Below are positions 7,040-15,880 of a stretch of 18,991 nt of DNA, piece by piece. The stretch comes from an uncultured Candidatus Bathyarchaeia archaeon (GTDB lineage: Archaea > Thermoproteota > Bathyarchaeia > Bathyarchaeales > Bathycorpusculaceae). The notes beneath the pieces are model-generated. The model did no database searches, was not told the DNA's origin, and was given only the letters and a program-made list of their open reading frames with translations. Each line of letters begins with the position of its first letter. Positions within the stretch are counted from its first letter, which is position 1. The DNA lies in contig CAYVGZ010000024.1 of assembly GCA_964450845.1 (NCBI GenBank), positions 1-18,991 on the forward strand. The letters are read 5' to 3'. The position numbers were made by a program, and so were the translations under genes.

Positions 7040-9469
7040 TTACTTTCCCTTCCTTTTCAACATGTTCTCCAATATTGGACGCAGCTTCTCGTTTTCCGCT
7101 TTAATCTTATCCTTGCCCAAAGCATGCATTTGCTCCGTCATCTCCCTAACAACTTCCGCAAATTTTACACCTTCAGCAGCAGAAACATATTCCACACGGA
7201 ACCTTTCAGGACTTAGTCCAAGCTTCTGCAGCATCGGTGCCAAAGCATCCATTCTGGCTTTCATTTTCCAGTTTCCGCTTATATAGTGACAATCGTAAGG
7301 CAGGTGACATGCGCCAACCAGAACGATGCCAGCACCTAACCTGAAAGCTTCCAAAACAAAATCGCGGTCAACCCTTCCCGAACACATAACCCTTATCGGG
7401 CGAATTGTCGGCGGATATTCAAATCTGCTTGTACCTGCCAAGTCTGCCCCTGCATAACTACACCAGTTGCAGAGAAAAGCCAAAATCTTGTCTTCTGGGT
7501 CTTTTTCAAGAGCAGCCCTTATCTGAGCCATTATTTGCGCATCTGTAAAGTGCATCTGCGTTATCGCATCTGCAGGACATTCTGCCACACATGTCCCACA
7601 CCCATGACACATGGCTGTTATTACTTGCGCAGGCTGTTTTTCTTCAATCTTGATTGCTCCATACGGGCATCGTTCAGCGCAAATACCACATTTACTCGTG
7701 ACATTTCTGCACTTGCTAGGGTCAATAACTGAAACTATCGGTTCAATCTTCCATTTTGGCTTCGAAAGCACAGTTGCCGCTCTTGACGCTGCACCGCTGC
7801 CCTGTGAAACGCTGTATGGTATATCCTTCGGTCCCTGACATGCTCCAGCTAAGAATATTCCATCAGTAGGCGTATCTAGCGGCTTGAGTTTGGGATGGCT
7901 CTCCATGAAAAAGCCGTCTGCACCACGAGTTAGATTAAGTATTCGTGCCATTTCCTCTGTACCCTTCTTGGGTATGGCTGCAGTTGCCAGAACAACCATG
8001 TCAGCCTCCACCTCTATAGGTTGACCAAGAGTCATGTCCTCAGCGTGTATAATCAAATTTTTTGACTCTGGAACCTCAAAAATGCGACTTACTCTTCCAC
8101 GAACAAAGTTTACGCCAAGCTCTCTTGCACGTTGATAAAATTCCTCATAGCCTTTAAAGTTGCTCCGCATGTCCATGTAGAAAATGTAAACTTCCACATC
8201 TTCCTTATACTTCTCCTTAAGCTGAACAACATGCTTCAAAGTGTACATACAGCAGAAATTTGAACAATATGGATATTTGTTTGCGTCACGCGACCCAACA
8301 CATTGAATAAAAGCTACGCTGTGTGGTTTCTGCCCATCTGAAGCCCGGACAACCTTTCCCGCAGTTGGGCCAGCAGCAAGTATGAGCCTTTCAAACTCGA
8401 GGGACGTGATTACGTTTGCGTATTTTCCATATCCTAAAAGCTGATTGTCATAGGGCAAGTATATGTCATAGCCTGTCGCCACAATTATTGCGCCCACATC
8501 CACGTCTATTTCTTCTGGTTGCTGTTCAAAGTTTATGGCTTGTCTAGCCCCACAAGCGTCAACACACTTGTAGCATTCGATACAATAATCTTTGTTTATC
8601 GTGTAATCGAGTGGAACCGCTTGGTCAAATGGTGCCGATATGGCTTTTCTAACACCTAAACTCATGTCCCACTCGTTCGGATATTCAATTGGGCAAACAT
8701 CTTTGCATTCACCACAACCAGTGCAGTTCTCAGGAATCACATACCGCGGGTTTTTCCGAATCTTAACTTTAAAATTACCTATAAAACCGCTTACACTCAA
8801 CAAATCAGCATAAGGTATTATCTCAATATTGGGATGCCGCCCAACATCAACCATCTTTGGACCTTCAATACATATGGAACAGTCAAGAGTTGGAAAAGTT
8901 TTATCAAGCTGCGCCATGTGGCCCCCTATACTTTCGCCTTTCTCAAGCAAATACACTTTAAAGCCCATTTCAGCCAAGTCTAAAGCAGCGTTCATTCCTG
9001 ATATGCCGCCACCTATGACTAATGCCTTGTTGGTTACTGGAACCTCTATTGTTTGAAGCGGATGCAGAAGCCTCACCTTCGCCACAGCCATTTTTATCAT
9101 GTCTTTGGCTTTCTCGGTTGCCTCTTTTGGCGTGCTTGGATGGCACCAAGATGAGAATTCGCGGATGTTTGCCATTTCAAAAAGAAACGGGTTCAAGTTA
9201 ACATCAGAAACTGTTCTTCGAAATGTTGGCTCATGCATCCGTGGAGAGCACGCAGCCACAACAACACGGTTAAGCTTATGCTCATCTATCCCCTTTCTTA
9301 TCTCCTCTTGTCCCGGATCTGCACATGTGTAGCGATTTTCTTTAACATAAACAACGTTTGGCAGAGTTTTTGCATATTCAACAAGCTCTTTAATATCCAA
9401 CACGCCTGCAATGTTTAATCCACAGTGGCATATGAAAACGCCTATTCTTAGCTCCTCAGTTTCAACCAT
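7040..9469 (-). CDS. hdrA: Heterodisulfide reductase subunit A fused to a C-terminal MvhD/FlpD [2Fe-2S] domain
   Basis: HdrA N-terminus (IGVFICHCG, VVAACSPRMHEPTF, MANIRE..SW.H), FAD motif VIGGGISG, DKTFPTLDCSIC, inserted and C-terminal ferredoxin motifs, CVGSRD...YCSNFCCMY, GIFLAGACQGPKDI. The C-terminal domain FLCNWCSYAGADLAG...RVMCSGRVD...GACH...CHY is MvhD. Confidence 0.95.
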   Translation of the reverse strand: MVETEELRIGVFICHCGLNIAGVLDIKELVEYAKTLPNVVYVKENRYTCADPGQEEIRKGIDEHKLNRVVVAACSPRMHEPTFRRTVSDVNLNPFLFEMANIREFSSWCHPSTPKEATEKAKDMIKMAVAKVRLLHPLQTIEVPVTNKALVIGGGISGMNAALDLAEMGFKVYLLEKGESIGGHMAQLDKTFPTLDCSICIEGPKMVDVGRHPNIEIIPYADLLSVSGFIGNFKVKIRKNPRYVIPENCTGCGECKDVCPIEYPNEWDMSLGVRKAISAPFDQAVPLDYTINKDYCIECYKCVDACGARQAINFEQQPEEIDVDVGAIIVATGYDIYLPYDNQLLGYGKYANVITSLEFERLILAAGPTAGKVVRASDGQKPHSVAFIQCVGSRDANKYPYCSNFCCMYTLKHVVQLKEKYKEDVEVYIFYMDMRSNFKGYEEFYQRARELGVNFVRGRVSRIFEVPESKNLIIHAEDMTLGQPIEVEADMVVLATAAIPKKGTEEMARILNLTRGADGFFMESHPKLKPLDTPTDGIFLAGACQGPKDIPYSVSQGSGAASRAATVLSKPKWKIEPIVSVIDPSKCRNVTSKCGICAERCPYGAIKIEEKQPAQVITAMCHGCGTCVAECPADAITQMHFTDAQIMAQIRAALEKDPEDKILAFLCNWCSYAGADLAGTSRFEYPPTIRPIRVMCSGRVDRDFVLEAFRLGAGIVLVGACHLPYDCHYISGNWKMKARMDALAPMLQKLGLSPERFRVEYVSAAEGVKFAEVVREMTEQMHALGKDKIKAENEKLRPILENMLKRKGK

Positions 9470-9470
9470 G

Positions 9471-10394
9471 TTATGATCCCTTCCATCCTAACCTCTTTTC
9501 TACGGATTCCATCACTTTCCGAGAACCTTTAGCCTTCAACTCTTTAGTCACCTCAATCGGCGAAGCCAGCTTTTCCAACGCTTTATTCCACGCTCCAGAA
9601 CGAACAGGCGTATGGCTTATTTTGGTTCGCTTAAGTTCCAAGGCTTCCTCAACGGGGCAAACAACTTTGCACGCTCCGCAGTAAACGCAAAACATTTCAT
9701 TTACATGCACTTTTTTATCTTCGTCAGAAAGGTAAAGTGCCCCAGTTATTGGGCATACGTCCAAGCAATCTGTGCAGCCTTCAGGACATTTTTCTGGATG
9801 AATCAATATTTTTCCCTGAATAAATTTTCGAACGCGAATAACGCCTTCTGGACATTTGAATTCGCAGATTCTGCAACATGGGCAACGTTCTTTTTCAATA
9901 TCAATTTTAACTTGAAGACCCTTCCTTTTTCTTTTTGTTACTTTTTCAACAACTTTTCCATCAGCCGTCAGCCTAGTTACTTTAATTAAACCTAAAGGGC
10001 ATGCTTCTTCGCATTCCACACAGTTTACGGGGCATTTGCTTGTGTCAACTTGAATGTCTCGAATCAATTGTGGGAAGCTTTCTTTTTCAACCACTGAAAG
10101 GATATGTTCTCCATTCACTGTTACCCTTATTGCTCCGTACGGGCACAGTACGTCGCATATTCCACAAAAGTTGCATTTTGCCAAATCGACGTCAATTTTT
10201 GCTTTTTCTGCCTTTTTTCCTTGAATTTTAGGCTGTTTCTCAAGTTTGATAGCCTCTTTTGGACAGACTAAAGTGCAGATTTGACAGCCGACGCAGAGGT
10301 TTTTGTCAATGGTCAACTTGTAGTTTTTTACGTGCAAAGCCCATTCTAACGTTAATGCTTCTGCTGTGTCTATTTTTGTTGTCTTTAACGGCAT
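9471..10394 (-). CDS. Polyferredoxin with six [4Fe-4S]-type motifs, FwdF-like
   Basis: Six Cys clusters (CVGCQICTLVCP, CNFCGICDVLCP, CPVNCVECEEACP, CPCCRICEFKCP, CPEGCTDCLDVCP, CVYCGACKVVCP); C-terminal HTPVRSGAWNKALEKL resembles FwdF tails. ATG 10394 follows the SD-like GGCGGTTGAT (the track starts at TTG 10409). The stop is 1 nt before the hdrA start. Confidence 0.85.
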   Translation of the reverse strand: MPLKTTKIDTAEALTLEWALHVKNYKLTIDKNLCVGCQICTLVCPKEAIKLEKQPKIQGKKAEKAKIDVDLAKCNFCGICDVLCPYGAIRVTVNGEHILSVVEKESFPQLIRDIQVDTSKCPVNCVECEEACPLGLIKVTRLTADGKVVEKVTKRKRKGLQVKIDIEKERCPCCRICEFKCPEGVIRVRKFIQGKILIHPEKCPEGCTDCLDVCPITGALYLSDEDKKVHVNEMFCVYCGACKVVCPVEEALELKRTKISHTPVRSGAWNKALEKLASPIEVTKELKAKGSRKVMESVEKRLGWKGS

Positions 10395-10497
10395 CCGATC
10401 AACCGCCAAATTACATTTTTACGATGCGTTACCCATAGGTGAAATATAGCCTAATGTTCAACTTTCATATATAGTTTAGTTTAAAAATCACAAGTTT

Positions 10498-11076
10498 TTA
10501 ATGACAAAGTTTGGTGCACACTGTCACATAGCATTTTAAGCCTTCATCTTTCAAAGCAATGACATTAAAGCCAGCACCGTGCAGTAACCTCTCAAATTCT
10601 TCCCGCGTGAAAGCCTTCTTCATACCAGTGATAACGAATACGGCATCATTTTTTGCAACTCGCCTAATTTCGTTCAAAGTTTTAGCTGGGTCTGGCATGT
10701 TTTGAATAAGCGTAATGGCAAAAACGTGGCTGAAAATGTTTCCGCTTAGAGGCATGTTGTCAGCATCAGCTAAAATCAAGCATGATCCTTGAAAATTTTT
10801 TGCGCGTTGTTTGGCTTGAAGCAAAATTTTCCTAGAAATATCCAGTCCAACTGTTGTTTCTGCTTTATCAGCCACATAACTAAATAACAGTCCCGTTCCG
10901 CAACCTGCATCTAAAACCAGACTGTAATTGTCTGTTTTTAAACCTTCTAACGCTGCCTCAATTTTTGCAATCTGTTCTTCAGCGTATTGCATGTCATAAA
11001 TGTGAGCTGTTAAATTGTAGCAATGCTTCACACCGCGTTTTTTATTCCATCCGTTCATGGCAAACTCTTCAGACAC
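10498..11076 (-). CDS. Class I SAM-dependent methyltransferase (UbiE/Methyltransf_11-like)
   Basis: VLDAGCGTG motif I, VGLDIS motif II, ADADNMP and RRVAK; alternative start ATG 11058. Confidence 0.88.
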   Translation of the reverse strand: MSEEFAMNGWNKKRGVKHCYNLTAHIYDMQYAEEQIAKIEAALEGLKTDNYSLVLDAGCGTGLLFSYVADKAETTVGLDISRKILLQAKQRAKNFQGSCLILADADNMPLSGNIFSHVFAITLIQNMPDPAKTLNEIRRVAKNDAVFVITGMKKAFTREEFERLLHGAGFNVIALKDEGLKCYVTVCTKLCH

Positions 11077-11171
11077 TCACACAACACTTCAATAATCTTT
11101 CATATTATTTAAATTCGTGTAGTAACACCAGAAATAACTCAGTGAGCCATATGTCCTTACAAGGTGAAAAC

Positions 11172-11594
11172 ATGAAAAAAAATGACAGCTCAGATAAATG
11201 GCGTATTTCAGTTTGTGGTTTGAACTGTGCAAAATGTGACATATACGAAGCTGGTCATGGCAATGAGAAGGTGCGGAATGAAATAGTGGAGTGGTTTCGT
11301 AAAGAGCGCAATGAAACTGTAAAGCCAGAGCAGGTAAGATGTAATGGTTGTAGGGGTTCCCTCGACGCTCATTGGAGTCCAGATTGCAAAATGATGTTAT
11401 GTGCAAGCAAGAGAGGGTTCAGATACTGTTTTCAATGCAAAGACTTTCCATGCGCAATCGTGAACGAATTCAGCTCAGATGACATATCGCATCATAAAAA
11501 GACCGTTGAAAACATGAAAAGAGTGAAAGAGATAGGACTTGATGCATGGATCGCGGAACAGGAAAGAAAGGGGCAATGTGTGTTCTGTCCATAG
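11172..11594 (+). CDS. DUF3795-family Cys-rich protein, 140 aa
   Basis: SD AAGGTGA at 11161-11167 precedes ATG 11172; motifs CGLNCAKC, CNGC, CKMMLCA and CFQCKDFPC. Confidence 0.85.
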   Translation: MKKNDSSDKWRISVCGLNCAKCDIYEAGHGNEKVRNEIVEWFRKERNETVKPEQVRCNGCRGSLDAHWSPDCKMMLCASKRGFRYCFQCKDFPCAIVNEFSSDDISHHKKTVENMKRVKEIGLDAWIAEQERKGQCVFCP

Positions 11595-11718
11595 CATAGT
11601 TACACGAAAACTAGCAAAAATAAGCAGTGTCTCTAAATTCTGGATTATCAGTTTTGCAGTTGACATATTGAGAAATCTTATGTACGCAAAGTCTTCTAGA
11701 TGTATCGGAGAAAATGCG

Positions 11719-12510
11719 TTGTCAAACTTCAAGCCTCTAAATATTCTAGTGAATCCTAATATCACAGACGCAGAAAAGGCCGCCAAAGAGGCTGTTTCTC
11801 AACACAAGACTCTACTCGTGGTTGGCAACTGTTGGGTGCATTACCATGGTAGAGCAAAGTCAAAACTTGAACCAGGCGAACGCATATTAATAGTTAAAAA
11901 CGATGGCTCCCTCCTCGTTCATCGTTCAGTTGGTTACGAACCAGTCAACTGGCAACCTCCAGGATGCATATTTCAAATCCAAGCCAAAGACAACATTTTA
12001 GAGATTCATGCTGTGAGGCAAAAGCCAGCCGAATCTGTTAAGGTGCTTTTTGACAAAATCCACATGGTTTCTGCCTTAAGCCTTGCTGATTCTGGAGAAT
12101 TTTCTCTTTACGCAAGCGAAGAGGACATGCAGAAAGCCATCCTATTAGATCCTTCGCTTTTGGAGGAGGGTTTCAAGCCCATAAGCTACGAGAAGAAGGT
12201 TGAACCGGGCTTTATAGATGTCTATGGTGTGGATAAGAATGGAAAACTTGTTGTTGTGGAGATTAAACGCAAAACAGCGGGCAAGATAGCAGCAATTCAA
12301 CTTGCCAAATACATAGACGCAGTTAAAAGCAAAGCCAATCGTGAAGTGAGAGGAATTCTTGTGGCGCCCAACATTGCGAAGGATGTTCAGAGATTACTAG
12401 CAACTCTCGGATTGGAGTTTAAATCATTAGACCCAAGAAAGTGTGCTGATGTCTTAAAAAGGTCTGAGGCAAGAAAACTGGAGGCGTTTTTCACGGAGGA
12501 AACTAGATAA
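11719..12510 (+). CDS. nucS: Endonuclease NucS/EndoMS (mismatch-specific)
   Basis: CWVHYHGRAKSKL..GERILIVKNDGSLLVH, EPVNWQPPG, SEEDMQ, IDVYGVD, VVVEIKR, QLAKY and RGILVAP match NucS. Likely TTG start at 11719 after GGAG (263 aa). Confidence 0.93.
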   Translation: MSNFKPLNILVNPNITDAEKAAKEAVSQHKTLLVVGNCWVHYHGRAKSKLEPGERILIVKNDGSLLVHRSVGYEPVNWQPPGCIFQIQAKDNILEIHAVRQKPAESVKVLFDKIHMVSALSLADSGEFSLYASEEDMQKAILLDPSLLEEGFKPISYEKKVEPGFIDVYGVDKNGKLVVVEIKRKTAGKIAAIQLAKYIDAVKSKANREVRGILVAPNIAKDVQRLLATLGLEFKSLDPRKCADVLKRSEARKLEAFFTEETR

Positions 12511-12550
12511 TGACTCGAAAATGCTGAATTGTTAATTGTGCTGCATTATC

Positions 12551-12567
12551 ATTATGACCATCATAAT
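12551..12567. promoter_or_regulatory. Perfect 7-bp inverted repeat ATTATGA-CCA-TCATAAT (possible operator or hairpin)
   Basis: Seen directly; lies between nucS and ppa, ~15 nt upstream of a TATA-like GTATATAAAA (12583-12592). Confidence 0.3.
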
Positions 12568-12715
12568 CCAGACAGTGCAGAAGTATATAAAAACAAAACA
12601 GTTTTCATAAAGCATTCAACACAGAACATAAACAGAAGCTAACAAGAAAAGCAAAAAGCGTATACTAAGAGAGTGAGTAAGAATTCGTTAGGAAAATGGA
12701 ATAGAGGTTGCTGAT

Positions 12716-13249
12716 ATGAATATTTGGAAAAACATTCCATCAGGCGACAAGCCACCAGAACTGCTTAACATGATAGTTGAAGTTATCATGGGTTCAAGGG
12801 ACAAATACGAATATAATATTCAATGGGAAACTTTTGTTCTAGACCGCATCATACCATCATCTGTGGTTTTTCCAGTTGACTATGGCTTTGTCCCACAAAC
12901 ATGGTTCGACGACAACGACCCGCTTGACATAATGGTGTTAAGCTATGAACCTCTTGAAGTTGGATGCATAGTTAAGGTTAGGGTCATAGGAGCCTTGATA
13001 GTGGAGGATGAGGAAGGTGAAGACCCTAAAATATTGTCTGTGCTTGTTAATGACGCAAGATTCGAAGGGTATAGAGACATCACTGACGTTCATAAGCATC
13101 AGCTTATAGAGATTCAAGAATTTTTTGAAACATATAAACGGTTAGAACCGCACAAGTGGGTCAGATTCAAAGAGTGGAAAAATGCTGAAGAAGCCAAGAA
13201 AATTGTGAATTACGCCATTAAAAGGTTTAGGAAACTTGACATACCTTAA
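12716..13249 (+). CDS. ppa: Soluble inorganic pyrophosphatase (family I)
   Basis: KYEY, LDR, PVDYGFVPQTWFDDNDPLD, EDEEGEDPKIL and FFETYKRLE are family I PPase signatures. Confidence 0.95.
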   Translation: MNIWKNIPSGDKPPELLNMIVEVIMGSRDKYEYNIQWETFVLDRIIPSSVVFPVDYGFVPQTWFDDNDPLDIMVLSYEPLEVGCIVKVRVIGALIVEDEEGEDPKILSVLVNDARFEGYRDITDVHKHQLIEIQEFFETYKRLEPHKWVRFKEWKNAEEAKKIVNYAIKRFRKLDIP

Positions 13250-13379
13250 CTATTTCTTCACCGTGTTTAAATCTTGGCACTTGAAAATAATTACTAGCTA
13301 CTCCAAACGTGCGATATTCTTAAATCGCCCACCCAACTGTTCTCGTTATTATAGTTGGGGTTAAGCTGGCGAATGAACA

Positions 13380-15044
13380 TTGCGAAAGTACACAATCAGC
13401 TTTATCGTTGGATTAGTCATACTGTGCGCAATGACTTGGCTAATTGTAACTTTCGTGGATTATCCACCAGAAATTAAAAATCTCCCCTTATACACTCTTA
13501 GCACAGTTTCTCGAATCGCAATTACTCTTTTGATTTCGGTTGCTTGGGGAGTTTCCTTCGGCATATTTGCCGCCACAAATAAATGGGCATCGCTGATTCT
13601 CACACCGTTCATTGATCTGTTGCAGTCGATTCCAATACTTGGATATTTCCCAATGGTTATTGGTTTTCTATTCGCAATGGGTCCGTTAGGCGTCGAGTTA
13701 TCCGTTATAGTCTTGCTTTTCACATCTATGGCGTGGGCAATCTTCTTTGGAGTAGTAGGAGCCATTCGAGGTATCCCAACAAACGTTGCAGAATCAGCGA
13801 GAAGTTTTGGTCTAACTGGATGGAGATATATTAGGCATGTAGTGTTGCCTGCAATCACTCCAGCCGTGATTTCAGGAGCAAACCTTGCATGGTGTGACGG
13901 CTGGTTTTTCATGATCGCCGCAGAATATATTCAATATAAAGGGACTGTCGTGATGCCGCCTTCTGGCGGATTGGGCTACCTCCTTGCAAGGGCTGCCTAC
14001 TTCTACAAAGACATGACCCTTGCTATTATTCTACTGATATTCATAACCTTCATCGTGGTATACTTCAACACCCTGACTTGGAACAAGCTTATGGAGAGAG
14101 CCAGCAAAGGCACCTTTAAACCCGTTTTCAAAATGGACCTTTCAGGGGTTGGAAAACTTGGCGTTGCACGGGCAACAAGATGGTTGCATTTTGGAAGACT
14201 TCACTGGCCAAAATCTTTCTCCATAGCTTCTCAACGTCTGCGAAAATACTCTTACATCGAAAAGATTATTGCTGTGGTTTTGGCTATTTCAGCAATTTTA
14301 TTTGTTTTTTATATGGTGTTTGGTCAACTTCCAACATTAGCTTTGATTAGCGGAGGATTCGATCAACCACCAGCAGAACAACTTGGCAGCCTGCCACTAT
14401 TAATCGCTTTGACTATGGGACGGCTTACAATAGCCTATGGAATTTCGCTTGCAGCCGCAATAGGTATGGGTGTCCTTGCTGCTAAGCATAAGAGATTTGC
14501 TACAGTGTTCTATCCACTTTTTGATGTAGGACAAGGAGTGCCGATTCTTGCTTTGTTTCCAGTTATTTTTCTTGGGCTAAATGGACTTATCGGAAACTCG
14601 GGAATTGCTCTTGAACTTACGTGTATGATAATGCTGGTTCTTGACATGGTATGGTATATGTTCCTCAACATTGTAAGCGCTGTGAAAAACATTCCAACTG
14701 AGATAAAGGAGGTTGGTCAGCTTTTCGGATTTAAAGGCTTTAAGAGAATAACGCACATAGTCATTCCATCAATATTGCCATCCATAGTTACAGGAAGCAT
14801 ACTTTCATGGGGAACCGGTTGGAACACCATAATATTTGCTGAGTACATGCCATCTACAGGTGAAGCACAGCCACTTTCAGTTCCAGGCATAGGTTCGTTA
14901 CTAGATAAAGCCGGGTATGAATTTGGAAACACTGTGGTGCTCATTTTTATCCTCGGCATAATCGCCACAATCGTACTTTCTATGGAAGGTTTTGTTTGGA
15001 GGCGTTTGCTTAGAAAATTCGAGAAATATCATTTGGAGGTGTAA
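13380..15044 (+). CDS. ABC transporter permease with two fused TM domains, NitT/TauT family
   Basis: Two internal units: DLLQSIPILGYFP...ESARSFGLTGW...VVLPA...WFFMIAAE and DVGQGVPILALFP...EVGQLFG...IVIPS...WNTIIFAE; TTG start. Confidence 0.9.
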   Translation: MRKYTISFIVGLVILCAMTWLIVTFVDYPPEIKNLPLYTLSTVSRIAITLLISVAWGVSFGIFAATNKWASLILTPFIDLLQSIPILGYFPMVIGFLFAMGPLGVELSVIVLLFTSMAWAIFFGVVGAIRGIPTNVAESARSFGLTGWRYIRHVVLPAITPAVISGANLAWCDGWFFMIAAEYIQYKGTVVMPPSGGLGYLLARAAYFYKDMTLAIILLIFITFIVVYFNTLTWNKLMERASKGTFKPVFKMDLSGVGKLGVARATRWLHFGRLHWPKSFSIASQRLRKYSYIEKIIAVVLAISAILFVFYMVFGQLPTLALISGGFDQPPAEQLGSLPLLIALTMGRLTIAYGISLAAAIGMGVLAAKHKRFATVFYPLFDVGQGVPILALFPVIFLGLNGLIGNSGIALELTCMIMLVLDMVWYMFLNIVSAVKNIPTEIKEVGQLFGFKGFKRITHIVIPSILPSIVTGSILSWGTGWNTIIFAEYMPSTGEAQPLSVPGIGSLLDKAGYEFGNTVVLIFILGIIATIVLSMEGFVWRRLLRKFEKYHLEV

Positions 15045-15047
15045 ACT

Positions 15048-15869
15048 TTGTCAGTGCTCGAAGTAGAAAACGTGACGAAAACATTCGTGATGGAAAAATC
15101 TAAAATCTCGGTCTTAGACAACGTCAGTTTTTCAGTTGGAAACGACGAGTTCGTCTGTTTAGTTGGACCTTCAGGCTGCGGAAAATCCACCATGCTCAGA
15201 ATAATCGCAGGCTTAGAAAAAGCTGATTCAGGCAAAATACTGTTCCGCGGACAACCAATTACCAAACCCACCCCAAAAATTGTGATGATCTTCCAGCTTT
15301 TCGGTCTGTTACCATGGAAAACTGCGTTGGAAAATGTTGAAGTGCCACTAGAGGTTCTGGGTATGGAAAAGGAAAAGCGAAGGCACATTGCCGAAGAATA
15401 CTTAAATATGGTTGGGCTGGAAGGCTTCGAAAACACTTATCCTCATGATCTTTCAGGCGGAATGAGGCAACGCGTTGGAATTGCGAGGGCATTAGCTTTG
15501 AAGCCAGATGTTTTGCTGATGGATGAGCCTTTCTCTTCGTTAGATGAACTTACTGCCAAAACACTGCGTGAGTTGGTGCTTGACTTTTGGCGAAATCCCA
15601 CTTTGCCAACAAACACTTTCGTAATGGTGAGCCACAATGTTGAAGAGGCAGTGTTTATGGCTGACAGAGTGATAGTCATGTCGCCTAGACCAGGAAAAGT
15701 TATTGGAGAAGTGAAAATTGAAATCCCAAGACCCCGCGAAGAACACTTGAGGGATTCTGCATACTTTAGTCTCATAGATAAAGTGGTAGAACTGCTGGAA
15801 AAAGGAAAAACCAAAACAAAAGATGAAAGCCCCGTGTCATTAACAGCGAACCGAGCGAACAGCATATAA
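15048..15869 (+). CDS. ABC transporter ATP-binding protein, NitT/TauT family
   Basis: Walker A GPSGCGKS, signature LSGGMRQR, Walker B LLMDEPFSSLD, H-loop SHNVEEA; 3 nt after the permease stop. Confidence 0.95.
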   Translation: MSVLEVENVTKTFVMEKSKISVLDNVSFSVGNDEFVCLVGPSGCGKSTMLRIIAGLEKADSGKILFRGQPITKPTPKIVMIFQLFGLLPWKTALENVEVPLEVLGMEKEKRRHIAEEYLNMVGLEGFENTYPHDLSGGMRQRVGIARALALKPDVLLMDEPFSSLDELTAKTLRELVLDFWRNPTLPTNTFVMVSHNVEEAVFMADRVIVMSPRPGKVIGEVKIEIPRPREEHLRDSAYFSLIDKVVELLEKGKTKTKDESPVSLTANRANSI

Positions 15870-15880
15870 CAAATTCCTAG

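Noticed and set aside
5631-10474. Shared short words between promoter regions (AAAGTTGAAC at 5631-5640 and 10465-10456; GATGCGTTA at 5703 and 10423)
   Set aside because: Orientations are inconsistent, and 9-10-mer matches in AT-rich intergenic DNA are expected by chance.
10965-11718. Long N-terminal extensions of DUF3795 (from 10965) and NucS (from 11539) in the track
   Set aside because: They overlap neighbouring genes; SD-like motifs and family homology begin at 11172 and ~11719.
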